This document shows, in pieces, positions 43,267 through 56,247 of a stretch of 64,000 bases of DNA. Origin of the DNA: the human T2T-CHM13v2.0 reference genome, Homo sapiens; NCBI RefSeq assembly GCF_009914755.1, contig NC_060928.1; one strand, written 5' to 3'. The notes beneath the pieces were generated by a model, which was not told the DNA's origin, did not search any database, and saw only the letters and a program-made list of their open reading frames with translations. The translations under genes and the position numbers were made by a program. Every line of letters begins with the position of its first letter. Position 1 is the first letter of the stretch.

Positions 43267-44000
43267 AATGGCAGCACTACTCTTGTTACTATAAAAAGTT
43301 CTTATTTATCAGAAAATGCCAAATAGAAAGGGAAAGTATTGGCAGGTTGATTTGTGTATTTTAAAAATACAAACATTTTCCCATATGTGTGTGCAAGCAA
43401 CTTGCTGTTTTATTATAGTTGTGTTCAAGAGTTTACACACTGAATTACATATTATTTTATTATACATTAATTTTTCTTTTTCACTATGTTACTGTATTGG
43501 CTTTTAAAAAAATACGCACACATGTATATATATAGTATAGATTATTTGTTAATTAACTGTTGGCACAGTACAAAATATCTATTATACAAAAAGGGCATTG
43601 AGTCTGTGAGAATGAGGAACCATTGAGATATTGTTATAATGGACTGAAAAAACTTTAATATTCATCCAGATAGTCTTTTTCAATTTGCTAGGTCAAGAAC
43701 CCCAAAGTGATAACTTCTTATGAAACCTCATAAACATTTTTCTTTAAAACAAACCCTCAGACCAAGTCAAACATTTGTTAACATTCATATTTTCAATCAT
43801 TTTGAACTAACTAGTCAGCTATTCTGTTATTAGGTATTTTTTCCTATGGCCAAGTTATTCTTGCAAAATGTAATTCTGTCATAGATCTACAAACATGGCA
43901 ATCTTTGGTTATGTTTTTCAGCTTTTGGGGAAAATATCTACTTCCTATTTATAATATTGTTCGTAAGAATATTATAAGGTATTACTTGAGATAATAGGCA

Positions 44001-44425
44001 TGTGGCAGAGATTGTCTAGGTCCTCACCGAACACACAGTCTCTTCTTGGACAAACTTTTACAATATGATTATTTGATTCTTTACATGTAGGTAGAGTCAT
44101 GTGGTTAGTTCTTGTCATGGAAAATGCAAAAATGAGGTACAGAAGTTTTGGGCTCAGGTATTTAGGAGAGGATAGGCTTTCTCCATTTTCTTCTCTTCCC
44201 ACAAATGTAAACCTTAGAGGTAACATGTTAAAAAATGGTTACATATCATAAGGTGGAAGGCAAATGGGTCTCTGAATGAATATATGAGGTAGAAGCTTAT
44301 TCCTTGCTGTCTCCCCTGTCAACCCCATTACACTATAATATGAGTGAACCATAAAATGTGTGATGTTAAGCCAGCGATATTTTAAAATAGTTGTTATGGC
44401 AGTTAGCATACCCTGACTAATTACA
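44001..44425 (+). mobile_element. Old MLT1 MaLR LTR
   Basis: TGTGGCAGA start; GTTAAGCCAGCGATATTT...TTGTTATGGCAG...CCCTGACTAATTACA end. Confidence 0.65.
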
Positions 44426-45048
44426 TATTTTGTAAGCATTTCATACTGCCTGGCATCAAGTGACCATGTAATAAGTTGTGGCTGTTATCAACACTTTATA
44501 TAGCAGATGATAACATACATTTTCTGTTTCAAATATGCCTGCAGATAAAAGCATATTTCTTAATAGAAATGCTACCTTGTTTGATATTTATAAAAATAGT
44601 TTCAAGTACATGTAATTTTATGCAATAGAATGTTGATATCCTAATTGCCCATTTTAATATTGACAATTTTCCTGATATAAGTGTTCCTGGCATTTTCTAG
44701 TTTTTTATTTACTGTGAGTTTAAAAGAAAGTTGTGTGTCTCTTTTAATGATGTTTAGCTTAATCTATTTCAGTATCTATTACGCTATATTCCACAGTTTA
44801 GACTGGCATAATTTGTTTGTATGGAGCCTTAGTGGGAGAATAGATTATTCACTTCTTACATATTATGGATGTATTCCTAGTGAGTTATAAGTTTCAAAAA
44901 GTGGCTCATTTATTGACATTTTTAAGATAGCGGAGCAGACATTGTGATATAGTAATGACATCTTGCATAGAATTTTTGCACGAAATTGGTTCTATAGCTA
45001 TATGTCTTCTTAAATTAATATTATATTATAATTTTTAAAATAGTATAA

Positions 45049-45385
<337 letters not shown>

Positions 45386-47011
45386 TGGAGCTTTTACAAT
45401 TTTAACTCCTTAAGGTAAAGATCTTATCAAAAATATAAAATATATGTATTTTTTATTAGAACAGGTAAACTTTTTAAGAATATTTCGTATTTTTCTCTAT
45501 TAGCTATATAAAAAATAAAAGCTTTTGCAGTTGCTCTCGTACAGTTGTCCCAAGAATGTGAAATGTCTCTAAAATTTGTGCTTTGTGATAACAACAGAAC
45601 AAGCCGTATGTTTATGGATTTTCTAAATTTGAAAAAATCCATCTTGTTTAAAATTTGTTAATGGTTACATAACTCTGTTTGTGCTGAGAATTTGTATTTG
45701 AATGTCTGAAGTTCAAAAGAAGAATGCCTATGAAATCAATGTTAATATAAGAATCCAGAAGCAATAGTATCTTAACTTAGAATAGCATAGATCTATAATA
45801 GATACTTAATCAATAATAAATTACAAGGTACTTGTTCCAGAAGATTCTAGGATTATTTTTATATTATACATAATAAAAAATGTGTTTGAATGGAAAATAC
45901 ATAATTTACATGTTAAATATGTTAACTTTAAACATAACGTCTTAAAATGTGGAAATAGTTACTTGAAATTAAGACATTCAAACTATTTTTGGATAACTTC
46001 ATTTTCAATACTGAAAATTAAGGCTATGTTCCTTTGTAGCATGATATCTTTGTTTCATCATTGTCAAATAACATTTATAAGGTATAAAATGCTATTTTCA
46101 ATGTAAAGATAATTGGTAAACAGATTTTATTTATGTTTATTTATAATCAAATAATGTTTATATTTACTTTTTATAGTTTATTCATGTATTTATTTGTATT
46201 TCACTCAATCCTTGTAGAATCTATCGGCTGCATAGCTCTATGACTTAGATTAGATACTTAGTGTTTGAAAACATCAGCTTGCTTAACGAGGGAATGTTCA
46301 CCCTTTCTTCAATAGTAAAAGAAGTATAAATTAAATCTCTTGAAGTTATGCACACCTCACAGACATGCTGTTTAAATTATTGTAGATGTTCTTAGGCCCC
46401 TGGATATCAAAAAAGAGAGCTGAGTGAAAAGATTGTGTCAGGAAATAATTTGGCTATTTGAAGAATAGGATTATTACTGCAGTCAGTAGTACTAGTATAC
46501 TTTGAGTACTTAAAAAAAAGCTTTGTCTTGATTAATACTTTAAATCTATGTATAATACACGGAGGTCATGAGGTAAGAATGTCTTATATGAGAATTTGTA
46601 AAGCACGTTATTCAGGTATAGGAATATTTCTATGCACTCAAAAATAAAATGGCTAGATAGAAAATATAAGTTTTATAAGCAAGAAAAGCACAATTGAATC
46701 TGAGTTTCAGATTGTTTTTTAGTATTAAGTATACCCAAATATTGCATGAGGCACACTTATACTAAATAAAATAATGTTCTTTTTTTATCTGAAATGCAAA
46801 TTTTTAGGACTCCTATAACTTAATTTGCTAAACTGGAAAATGGTCGTATATAATACTTTATAATAATTACTGTTGATATTTTTTACTTTGAAAAACACTC
46901 AATTAACTTATTAAGTAAATGGAAAGATAAATAATAAATAAAATGATAAATTGAACTAATTAATATTTTTAAACAAGAAAATGTGTATATAGATAAAAAA
47001 AATTATTACGC

Positions 47012-47549
47012 TATATAGGAGAGAAAAAAGTTATTTTCCTCTATCCCTCCTGGGTTCTTCTGCTGGGGTCATGCAAATTACAGTGCAGAAAGACAGAGTA
47101 ACAAGAGAGGAGCAAACAAGTTTATTAAATTGCATTACTCATTCATATGGAAGCACTCAGGACTAACTCAAAGGGCTGATGACAACTTGGGCATATACAG
47201 CATCTTAATGAAAGAAAAATAAATTCTTAGAGAGAAGGACTTTGGAGTTTCTAAGGTTACAAATTGCAGGAAGTTAAATATATGGGAGAAACTTATGGAA
47301 GATAAGGCTAGCTAGTGAAGTTTACTATGTAAATTCTTCTGGTCCTCTCTTTGGGCTATTAAGAGTCTAGGGTTTTCTCTGTGATTAAAGCTGTTTTTTC
47401 TTGTAGAGAAGGGATGAAGGACACCTTTACAAATTTGTGTTGTTCATTTAGTCAAATAGAAGGAGTTTTTCTTGTATCTGCTTCTTCTCATTTACTTTCA
47501 GCTCGGTATAATCCTTATGCCATATAAGTGACATATTCTGCAACCCTCA
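47012..47549 (-). mobile_element. MER34-family LTR
   Basis: CTTGTATCTGCTTCTTCTCATT...CAGCTC..ATAATCCTTATGCC..CATATTCTG..CCCTCA matches reverse complement of recalled MER34 5' end. Confidence 0.65.
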
Positions 47550-48174
47550 GCAATGTCTGATGAATTTATGAAATTATAATCATACAAACTACAAATGTTC
47601 TGTCTTTGAAAATAACTTAATGGGATTAGCTATTAATAAATAATTACTGAAAGTGTTTACTTTGACTACTATTCTTGTTATCTAGCTAATCAGAGGAGCA
47701 CTATAAAGATTTGAATACAAAGTAAAATATTAAATAAAACAATAATGTTGTGAATAATATAATAATCTGTAACTTATGTAAATGCTGTTATATTATTTTA
47801 ACAGTAGTCACTTTAATCATAGCTAATTGCAGACAATTTTACTTAATAAAATGTATTTTTTTAGAGAAATGTATATTTTCATAAATTACTAATGTATTTT
47901 TAATAATTTATAAAAATTTAATATAAAAGCAAAAATATTATTTTTTTAAGATGAGTGTGATTTACATTAGGCCTATATATATATCATTGTGTAACTTGAG
48001 GAAGAGTTAAAATTAGCACTTACATACATTTTGAGAAGTCACTATAACTAATATGGAAATTCTTTATTAATCTCCTAAAAATAATGTTTACTTTAACAAA
48101 AGAGAAGTTAAGAGTGCTAATAATAAGTTAATATGAAGATTTTTAAAATGATGTAATGATGCAATTAAAAGAGT

Positions 48175-48808
48175 TGCAAACTAAAGGAAATGACTAAAGC
48201 AAGTCTCAATGAATTAGAGGTTTATTTTGCAAAGCTTGAGGACGTGCCCATGGGAGAAAAAAACACAAATTACAGTAGTGTCTGTGATCCATTCCTTTTC
48301 CAAAGAGGTTTTTGAGAAATTCAGTATTAAAAGGGGAAAAAGGAGGCAGGAAGAGAAGTAGAAAATAAAAAAAGAGATGGTGCGTAATGATATAAGCAGT
48401 GACATTCTTGTGAGCCTTTGATTTGCACTCCCTGAATCCACATGTTACGTGAGAAAGGAGGTGGCAGTCAATTATGCTTTCATCTCATGAGCTCACCAAA
48501 TCTGCATTTTACATAAGATGAACATAGAGTAGAGGAAAAAGTCAAGCATGGCTTTGTCATCTTAGGGTGGGTGAAAAAATGATTTCTAATCTGTCTTTCT
48601 ACCATTGCTGTGAAGATAAGGTGTTAATTTACATTGCCAATGTGAGGGAGGCCACCTGAGGGGATGTGTGCCTTCTATCTTGCAGCTATCTGTTTAGAAA
48701 CAAAATGAAAGGCAGTTTTTAGCTTTTTTGAGTTACTCAGTTTCAAAGCTTAACTGTTCCCATTGGCATAGTGAGTTTGGTGTCCCAAGATTTTATTTTC
48801 CTTTCACG
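48175..48808 (-). mobile_element. MER4-family solo LTR
   Basis: Ends GTGAGTTTGGTGTCCCAAGATTTTATTTTCCTTTCAC; perfect 4-bp TSD GAGT at 48171-48174 and 48809-48812. Confidence 0.8.
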
Positions 48809-50632
48809 GAGTTAACATTAACACATTTTGTCTATATATCTGAAAAAAAAAAAATGAGGTAACATTTACAGATTTTGATTGTGCCTAGTGATTATAAGGA
48901 GCCTCCTGTGAATATTTACCTGGTATTTTCTGATTATTTTTCCTTTTAATACTAAGTATTTCCTTTTATTTATTTTTTTACTTTTGCAATATAATTCATC
49001 AGTAGATTAGAATTTCAAATATTTTGGCAGGGAAGTGTAGAAGTTCTCATTTTACTTCTACTGAGTCTAAATTCAGGTGTAAGAACAAAGAAGTACATCA
49101 AAAATTTTATCTTCTATAGAGAATTAACATTTTTAAAGTAAAAAATAAAAATTTTTTGTGTCTCAACATGAAAACACATAAAAATCACTGGAATATAATG
49201 TCGTAGGCTGAAATTAGAAGGATCAAAAGGGTAATTTTACAAAGAAAAATAAGTGGCTCGATTTAATTATTTGCTTTTTTTTTTCCCCAAAAAATGGTAT
49301 CTTGAGACTTCTAACTTCCCAAACATTATTCTGCATAAAGCTTCATTTAAAGATTACAGATAATGGCTTTCATACCCAAGTTCACTATGGTTTTATAATT
49401 TACTATTTAACTTATCTTAAAAATAGTTAATTCCAATAGCAGGATTTTCTCAGAAACATTATTTTATTTATGCCTAGTACATTTTAGCAGTTTTAACATT
49501 AGGGACTTTAGTTAAATTTCAAATTTATTATGCACTTAGCTAATTAAGCCCTTTCAGACTATATATGTAAATTTATACCTTCAGGTTATCACCTAAAGTA
49601 TTACAATTGCCTACTTTAACATATTCCTAAATATTTAAATACTCATTTAAAAAATTGTACATATATGCTCTGTAATCTTTAGAAATATTTCAATATTGTA
49701 TAAATATTTAGTAAGAAACAACTGAAAGTTTAAATCAAGTGATTCATTTTGAATTGAAATGTAACTAAGTATTTTGAATTGGAATTACTAATTTTATTTT
49801 ATTTTTCTCCAATAGGCTAAATTCTCTTCCTCTTTTTTTTTAACTTATATTTTAGTTTCAGGAGTATATATGCAGGTTTGTAATATAGGTAATTGTGCAT
49901 CACTGGGGTTTGGAATATAGATTATTCCAATGGTATCTCATTGTGGTTTTGATTTGCATTTCTTCAATGGTTAGTGGTATTGAGAACTTTTTTATTTGCT
50001 TGTTGGCCACACATATATGGTCTCCTTTTGAAAAGTGACTGTTGATGTCCTTTACCCACTTTTGAATTGGTTTGCTTGATTTTGCTTGTTAATTTAAGTT
50101 CCTTACAGGTTCTTGGTATGAAACCTTTACAGGATACACACTTTGTAAATATTTTCTCACAATCTGTGGGTCGTCTATTTATTCTGTTGATAGTTTCTTT
50201 TGCTGTGCAGAAGCTTTTTAGTTTAATTTAATTAGGTCCCATTTATCAATATTTGTTTTTGTTGCAATTGCTTTTGGCATCTTCATCATCAAAGTTTTGC
50301 CAGCACCTATGTCCAGAATGGTATTTCCTAGGTTATCTTCCAGGGTTTTTATAGTTTCAGGTTTTACATTTAAATCTTTAGTTCATCTTGTGTTGATTTT
50401 TGTGCATCTCATAAGGAAGCAATCTGGTTTCAATTTTCTGCAATATTGCTATCCAGTTATCTCAGAACCAGTTATTAAATGGGGAGTCCTTTCCCCCTTG
50501 CTTTTTTTTTGTTAGCTTTTTGAACATCAGATAGTTGTAGGTGTGCAACATTATTTCTGGGCTCTCTATTCTGTCCTGTTGTTCTGTGTGTCTGTTTTTG
50601 TATCAGTACCATGGTGTTTTGGTTACAGTAAC

Positions 50633-51042
50633 TTTCATGCGCGTCCGTGTGAAGAGACCACCAAACAGGCTTTGTGTGAGCAACATGGCTGTTTATTTCA
50701 CCTGGGTGCAGGCGGGCTGAGTCCGAAAAGAGTCAGTGAAGGGAGATGGGGTGGGGCCGTTTTATAGGATTTGGGTAGGTAAAGGAAAATTACAGTCAAA
50801 GGGGGGTTGTTCTCTGGCGGGCAGAGTGGGGGTCACAAGGTGCTCAGTAGGGGAGCTTTTGAGCCAGGATGAGCCAGGAGAAGGAATTTCACAAGACAAT
50901 GTCATCAGTTAAGGCAGGAACAGGCCATTTTCACTTCTTTTGTGGTGGAATGTCATCAGTTAAGGCAGGAACCGGCCATCTGGATGTGTACATGCAGGTC
51001 ACAGGGGATATGATGGCTTAGCTTGGGCTCCGAGGCCTGACA
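50633..51042 (-). promoter_or_regulatory. HERV-H 3' LTR (LTR7)
   Basis: Minus strand TGTCAGGCCTCGGAGCCCAAGC...CACACGGACGCGCATGAAA; TATAAAA and AATAAA intact; adjacent PPT AAGAAGACAGGAA (51043-51055). Confidence 0.96.
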
Positions 51043-52899
51043 TTCCTGTCTTCTTACATTAATAAGAAAAATAAAATGAAATAGTGGTAAAGTGTTGGGG
51101 TGGTGAAAATTTTTGGGGGTGGTATGGAGAGACAATGGGCGATGTTTCTCAGGGTGCTTTGAGTGGGATTAGGGGCAGCATGGGAACCTAGAGTGGGAGA
51201 GATTAAGCTGAAGGAAGATTTTGTGGTAAGGGGTGATATTGTGGGACTGTTAGAAGAAATATTTGTCATTTAGAATTATTGGTAATGGCCTGGATACAGT
51301 TTTGTATGAATTGAAAAACTAAACGGAATAAGAGAAGGAGAAAAACAGCTATTAAAGGTCTAAGAATTGGGAGGACGTAGGACATCTAATTAGAGAGTGC
51401 CTAAGGAAATTCAGCATAGTCCTGCCAGCAAAGATTATTTATTTACTTCAAGAGTTAAGAGTGGCAGTTTGGGGATAGCACCAGGAGACATCAGCTGTGA
51501 TGGCTTGGAGAAACAGTGTAAACTGGCAGTGTAAACAAGAGCAGAGCATGTATGAGTAGTTCAGAACGGTGAATAGGAGTATGACTAGACAGAAGATAGT
51601 AGAGATGACAAGTTTTTTTGGGGCACAGTCTAAGTTAGTCTGGTGTCTGGAATGAGACTGGGGCCTAATAAAAAGGAGCATCTATACAGGACCTCAAATG
51701 GGCTGTACACTGTAGCATTCTGAGGACAGGTCTGACTTCTGAGAAGGGAAAGTGGTAAAAGTATTGTCTAGTCCTTTTTAAGTTGGTGGCTGAGCTTGGT
51801 GAGGTGTGTTTTTAAAAGACCATTAGTCTGTTCTACTTTTCCTGAAGACTGAGGACTGTAAGGGATATAAAGGTTTCACTGAATACTAAGAGCCTGTAAA
51901 ACTGCTTGGCTGATTTGACTAATAAAGGCTGGTCTGCTATCAGACTGTATAGAGGTGGGAAGGCTAAACTGAGGAATTATGTCTGACAGAAGGGAAGAAA
52001 TGACTGCAGTGGCCTTCTCAGACCCTGTAGGAAAGGACTCTACCTATCCAGTGAAAGTGTCTACCTAGACTAAGAGGTATTTTAGTTATCTGACTCGGGG
52101 CATGTTGAGTAAAGCTAATTTGCAAGTCCTGGGTGGGGGCAAATCCTCGAGCTTGATGTGTAGGGAAGGGAGGGGGGCCTGAATAATCCTTGAGGAGTAG
52201 TAGAATAGCAGATGGAACACTGAGAAGTTATTTCCTTGAGGATAGATTTCCACGATGGAAAGGAAATGAGAGGTTTTAAGAGGCGGGCTAGTGACTTGTA
52301 CTATAGCATAGCCTGCCTTTGCTGGTGTGTGGCGATTAGGCCTGGTGGAACTGCCATTAATAAATCAAGCGTGATCAGGGTGAGGAGCAGGAAAGAAGGA
52401 AATATGCGGAAATGGGGTGAATGTCAGGTGGATCAGAGAGATACAGTCATGAGGGTCAGGTGTGGTATCCAGAATAATGTGGGAGGCCGGACTGAAGTCT
52501 GGGCCAGGAACAATGGTAATTGTGGGACTTAACAAAGAGTGAGTACAGCTGAAGGAGCCAGGGAACAGAAAGTATATGTGTCAGGTATGAGGAAGAAAAT
52601 AGATTTTGGAAGTTATGAGAAATGTAGAGAGTGAGTTGAGCATAGTTTGTGATTTTGAGGGCCTCTGAAAGTATTAGAGTGGCAGCAGCTGCTGCACGGA
52701 GACACGAAGGCTAGGCTAAAACAGTAAGGTCAAGTTGTTTGGACAGAAAGGCTACAGGGTGCAGTCCTGGCTCTTGTGTAAGAATTCTGACTGCACTAAC
52801 CATGCCTAGGAAGGAAAGGAGTTGTTGTTTTGTAAGGGATTGAGGTTTGGGAGATTAATCGGACATGATCAGCAGGGAAAGCACGTGTGTTTTTATGAG

Positions 52900-53442
52900 A
52901 ATTATGCCGAGATAGGTAACAGATGAGGATGAAATTTCGGCTTGACTGAAGTAATGGGGGCTGTCTGTGAAGCCTTGCGGCAGTACAGCCCAGGTAATTT
53001 GCTGAGCCTGATGGGTGTCAGGGTCAGTCTAAGTGAAAGCAAAGAGAGGCTGGGATGAGGGGTGCAGGGGAATAGTGAAAAAAGCATCTTTAAGATCGAG
53101 AACGGAATAGTGAGTTGTGGAGGAAGGTATTGAGGACAAAAGAGTGTACGGGTTGGGCACCACAGGATGGATAGGCAAAACAATTTGGTTGATAAGGCGC
53201 AGATCCTGAACTAATCTGTAAGACTTGTCCAGTTTTTGGACAGGTAAAATGGGGGAATTGTAAGGAGAGTTTATAGGTTTTAGAAGCCCATGCTGTAGCA
53301 GGCGAGTGATAACGGGCTTTAATCCTTTTAAAGCGTGCTGTGGGATGGGATATTGGCATTGAGCGGGGTAAGGGTGATTAGGTTTTAATGGGATGGTAAT
53401 GGACATGTGATCCTTGCCAGGGAAGGAGTAGAGATGTCCCAT
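52900..53442 (-). pseudogene. pol: HERV-H pol, N-terminal RT remnant
   Basis: QYP, SPYNSPILPVQK, YRLVQDLRLIN, SVLDLKDAFF; in-frame TAG at ~53029, then LPQGF..SP; no YxDD recognisable. Confidence 0.92.
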
Positions 53443-53828
53443 ACTTGTGTGTTAAGGTGGGGGGATACGAGAGGAAGACGCGAAGGAGGCTTTGGGTTGG
53501 GGAGAAGGGTGGCAATGAGATGCAGCTGTAGTCCAGGAATAGTCAGGGAAGCAGATAATTTGGTTAAAGTGTCTCGGCCTAATAAGGGAACTGGGCAGGT
53601 GGGGATAACTAAAAAAGAGTGCATAAAAGAGTGTTGTCCAAGTTGGCACCAGAGTTGGGGAGTTTTAAGAGGTTTAGAAGCCTGGCCGTCAGTAACCACA
53701 ACAGTTATGGAGGCAAGGGAAACAGGCCCTTGAAAAGAAGGTAATGTGGAGTGGGTAGCCTCCGTATTGATTAAGAAGGGGACAGACTTACCCTCCACTG
53801 TGAGAGTTACTGGAAGCTTGGCATCCAT
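53385..53828 (-). pseudogene. pro: HERV-H pro remnant
   Basis: VTLTVEGKSVPFLINTEATHS (catalytic DTG motif reads NTE) and PLLGRD. Confidence 0.88.
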
Positions 53829-53864
53829 GATGGTCTAGGGGGCTTCCGAGGCCATCAGCCACCA

Positions 53865-54209
53865 TCAGTCTTCAGCTGCTAAGCCAAGAAGACCCAGGAA
53901 GGAGTCAGAGCCTTGGGCCAGAGTTCCAGGGGCTCTGGGAGTGGCTGCCAGGTGAGTTGGACAGTCCGATTTCCAGTGGGGTCCCGCACAGATGGGACGT
54001 GGCTTAGGAGGAATCCTGGGCTGCAGGTATTCCTTGGCCTGGTGGCCAGATTTCTGGCACTTGTAGCAAGCTACTGGGGGAGGAGGTTCTGGAGGAATGC
54101 CTGGCTGCTGCGGTTCAGGTGTTTGGAAGTTCTTGTGTGCTGGAGATGTGGCTGGGGTTTGTCTCACAGTGGAGGCAAGGAATTGCAACTGTTTTCTATT
54201 ATTGTACAC
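53865..54209 (-). pseudogene. gag: HERV-H gag nucleocapsid remnant
   Basis: Degenerate CCHC knuckles CYKCQKSGHQAKEY and PICAGPHWKSDC. Confidence 0.88.
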
Positions 54210-55687
54210 CTTGAAGGTGAGGCTAATTAAATCCTGTTGTGGGGTTTGAGGGCCGGAATTTAATTTTTGGAGTTTTATTTAATGTCGGGAGCAGATTGGG
54301 TAATAAAATGTATTTTGAGAATAAGACGGCCTTTTGACATTTTAGGGTCTAGAGCTGTAAAGTGTCTCAGGGTTGCTGCCAAACAAGTCATGAACTGGGC
54401 TGGATTTTTATATTTGATGAAAAAGAGCCTAAATGCTATCTGATTTGGGATAAAGAAAAAGGAGCATTAACCTTGACTATGCCTTTAGCTCCAGCCACCT
54501 TTTTAAGAGTAAATTGCTGGGCAGGTGGGGGAGGGCTAGTCATGGAAGGAAACTGTAAGCCTGACTGGGTGTGAGGAGGGGAGGTGATAAAAGGATTATA
54601 GGGTGGAGGAGCTGAGGCTGAGGAAGAATTGGGACCTAGCTCGGCCTGGCCAGGAGGGGAGAGGTCAGATAGGTCTGTAGAAAAGGAAGATTAGAAAGAC
54701 TCAGTGACGCTTGGGATTGGGACTGAGGGGACAGGTGGGAGGGAAAGAAGGAAGATTTGGGACGAGTTGCATTGGGCACAGAGACTAGGAAGGGACCGAT
54801 GTGTAAAAGAATGCCTGGACGTCAGGCACCTCAGACCATTTGCCCATTTTATGACAAGAATTATTTAGATCTTGTAGGATGGAAAAATTGAAAGTGCATT
54901 TTCTGGCTATTTGGAACTACTATCGAGTTTGTATTGGGGTCAAGTGGCATTGCAGAAGAAAATAAGACACTTAAGATTTTAGGTCAGGTGATAGTTGAAG
55001 AGGTTTTAAGTTCTTAAGAACACAGGCTAAGGGAGAAGAAGGAGGAATGGAAGGTGGAAGCTTGCCCATAGTGAGGGAGGCAAGCCCAGAGAAAAGAATA
55101 GAGACACGGAGAAGGGGTGGGGGGTTCTTGCCCTCCACAAAAGCGGGAAAGGGGTTGGGGTGTGGAAATAAGGGGTTGGGGCACCGAGATAAGAGGTCGG
55201 GGCATGGAAATAAGGGATTGGGGTGCAGAGATACAAGGTTGGGGTATTTGCTCCTCCCCCAGAAAAGCGGGACTTGCCACTAAGGGTGAAGGAGAAGGGG
55301 TTGGGGGTTTCTTGCCCCCCAGAAAGGTGGAGAAGGGGTAGAGACACGGAGAGAAGGGGTTGGGGTACTTGCCCCTTCCCCAGAAAAGTGGGACTTGCCA
55401 CTAAGGGTGAAGGACCAAGGCAGGCGTCCCTGCGTGGTCTGACACCTCTGAAACCTGGGTGAATAATCAAAGAGGCATCCCTGCAATAATTAAACACCAA
55501 GGGAAGGCTGCCTTCCCAGTCAATGACCAGCGCCGGAGTTCTGGGTCCACCAATAAAATGTGTCTCCTTTGTCTCTACCAGAAAATGAAAGGAATTGAAA
55601 TTAAAAGAAGGGAGAGATTGAAGAGTGGAAAGGAGAAAGAGGCTGAGAAACAGTGAGAGAGGTTGCAGAAAAGAGTAAGAAGAGGGG

Positions 55688-55700
55688 GCTTACCCGATTT
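55688..55700 (-). promoter_or_regulatory. HERV-H leader splice donor
   Basis: Minus strand AAATCGG|GTAAGC, GT at 55693-55692, ~125 nt downstream of the PBS. Confidence 0.75.
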
Positions 55701-55818
55701 GAAATTGGTGAGATGTTTCTTGGGCTGGTCAGTCTGAGGACCTGAGGCATAGGTGGATCTTTCTCACAGAGCAAAGAGCAGGAGGACGGGGGATTGATCT
55801 CCCAAGGGAGGTCCCCCA

Positions 55819-55836
55819 ATCCAAGTCACGGCACCA
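55819..55836 (-). promoter_or_regulatory. Primer-binding site for tRNA-His
   Basis: Minus strand TGGTGCCGTGACTTGGAT, 17/18 match to the canonical PBS-His TGGTGCCGTGACTCGGAT, 2 nt inside the 5' LTR. Confidence 0.93.
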
Positions 55837-55838
55837 AA

Positions 55839-56247
55839 TTTCATACACGTCTGTGTGAAGAGACCACCAAACAGGCTTTGTGTGAGCAACATGGCTGTTT
55901 ATTTCACCTGGGTGCAGGCGGGCTGAGTCCGAAAAGAGAGTCAGGGAAGGGAGATGGGGTGGGGCCGTTTTATAGGATTTGGGTAGGTAAAGGAAAATTA
56001 CAAAGGGGGGTTGTTCTCTGGCGGGCAGAGTCGGGGGTCACAAGATGCTCAGTAGGGGAGCTTTTGAGCCAGGATGAGCCAGGAGAAGGAATTTCACAAG
56101 ACAATGTCATCAGTTAAGGCAGGAACAGGCCATTTGCACTTCTTTTGTGGTGGAATGTCATCAGTTAAGGCAGGAACCGGCCATCTGGATGTGTACATGC
56201 AGGTCACAGGGGATATGATGGCTTAGCTTGGGCTCAGAGGCCTGACA
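55839..56247 (-). promoter_or_regulatory. HERV-H 5' LTR (LTR7), putative leftward promoter
   Basis: Minus strand TGTCAGGCCTCTGAGCCCAAGC start; two CCTGCCTTAACTGATGACATT units; CCTATAAAA; GC/GT box GGCCCCACCCC. Confidence 0.96.

Larger units (their letters stand above)
50633..56247 (-). mobile_element. HERV-H provirus, common deleted form (5,615 bp), two LTR7
   Basis: Paired ~410-bp LTRs; perfect 5-bp TSD GTAAC (50628-50632, 56248-56252); PBS-His; PPT; gag/pro/pol remnants. Confidence 0.97.

Noticed and set aside
53029-54209. Functional retroviral Gag-Pro-Pol or a domesticated gene
   Set aside because: Frameshifts between segments, protease active site reads NTE, both zinc knuckles lack a Cys, in-frame stop in RT, no YxDD and no env ORF
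55819-55836. tRNA gene
   Set aside because: Only the 18-nt retroviral PBS complementary to the tRNA-His 3' end; no cloverleaf
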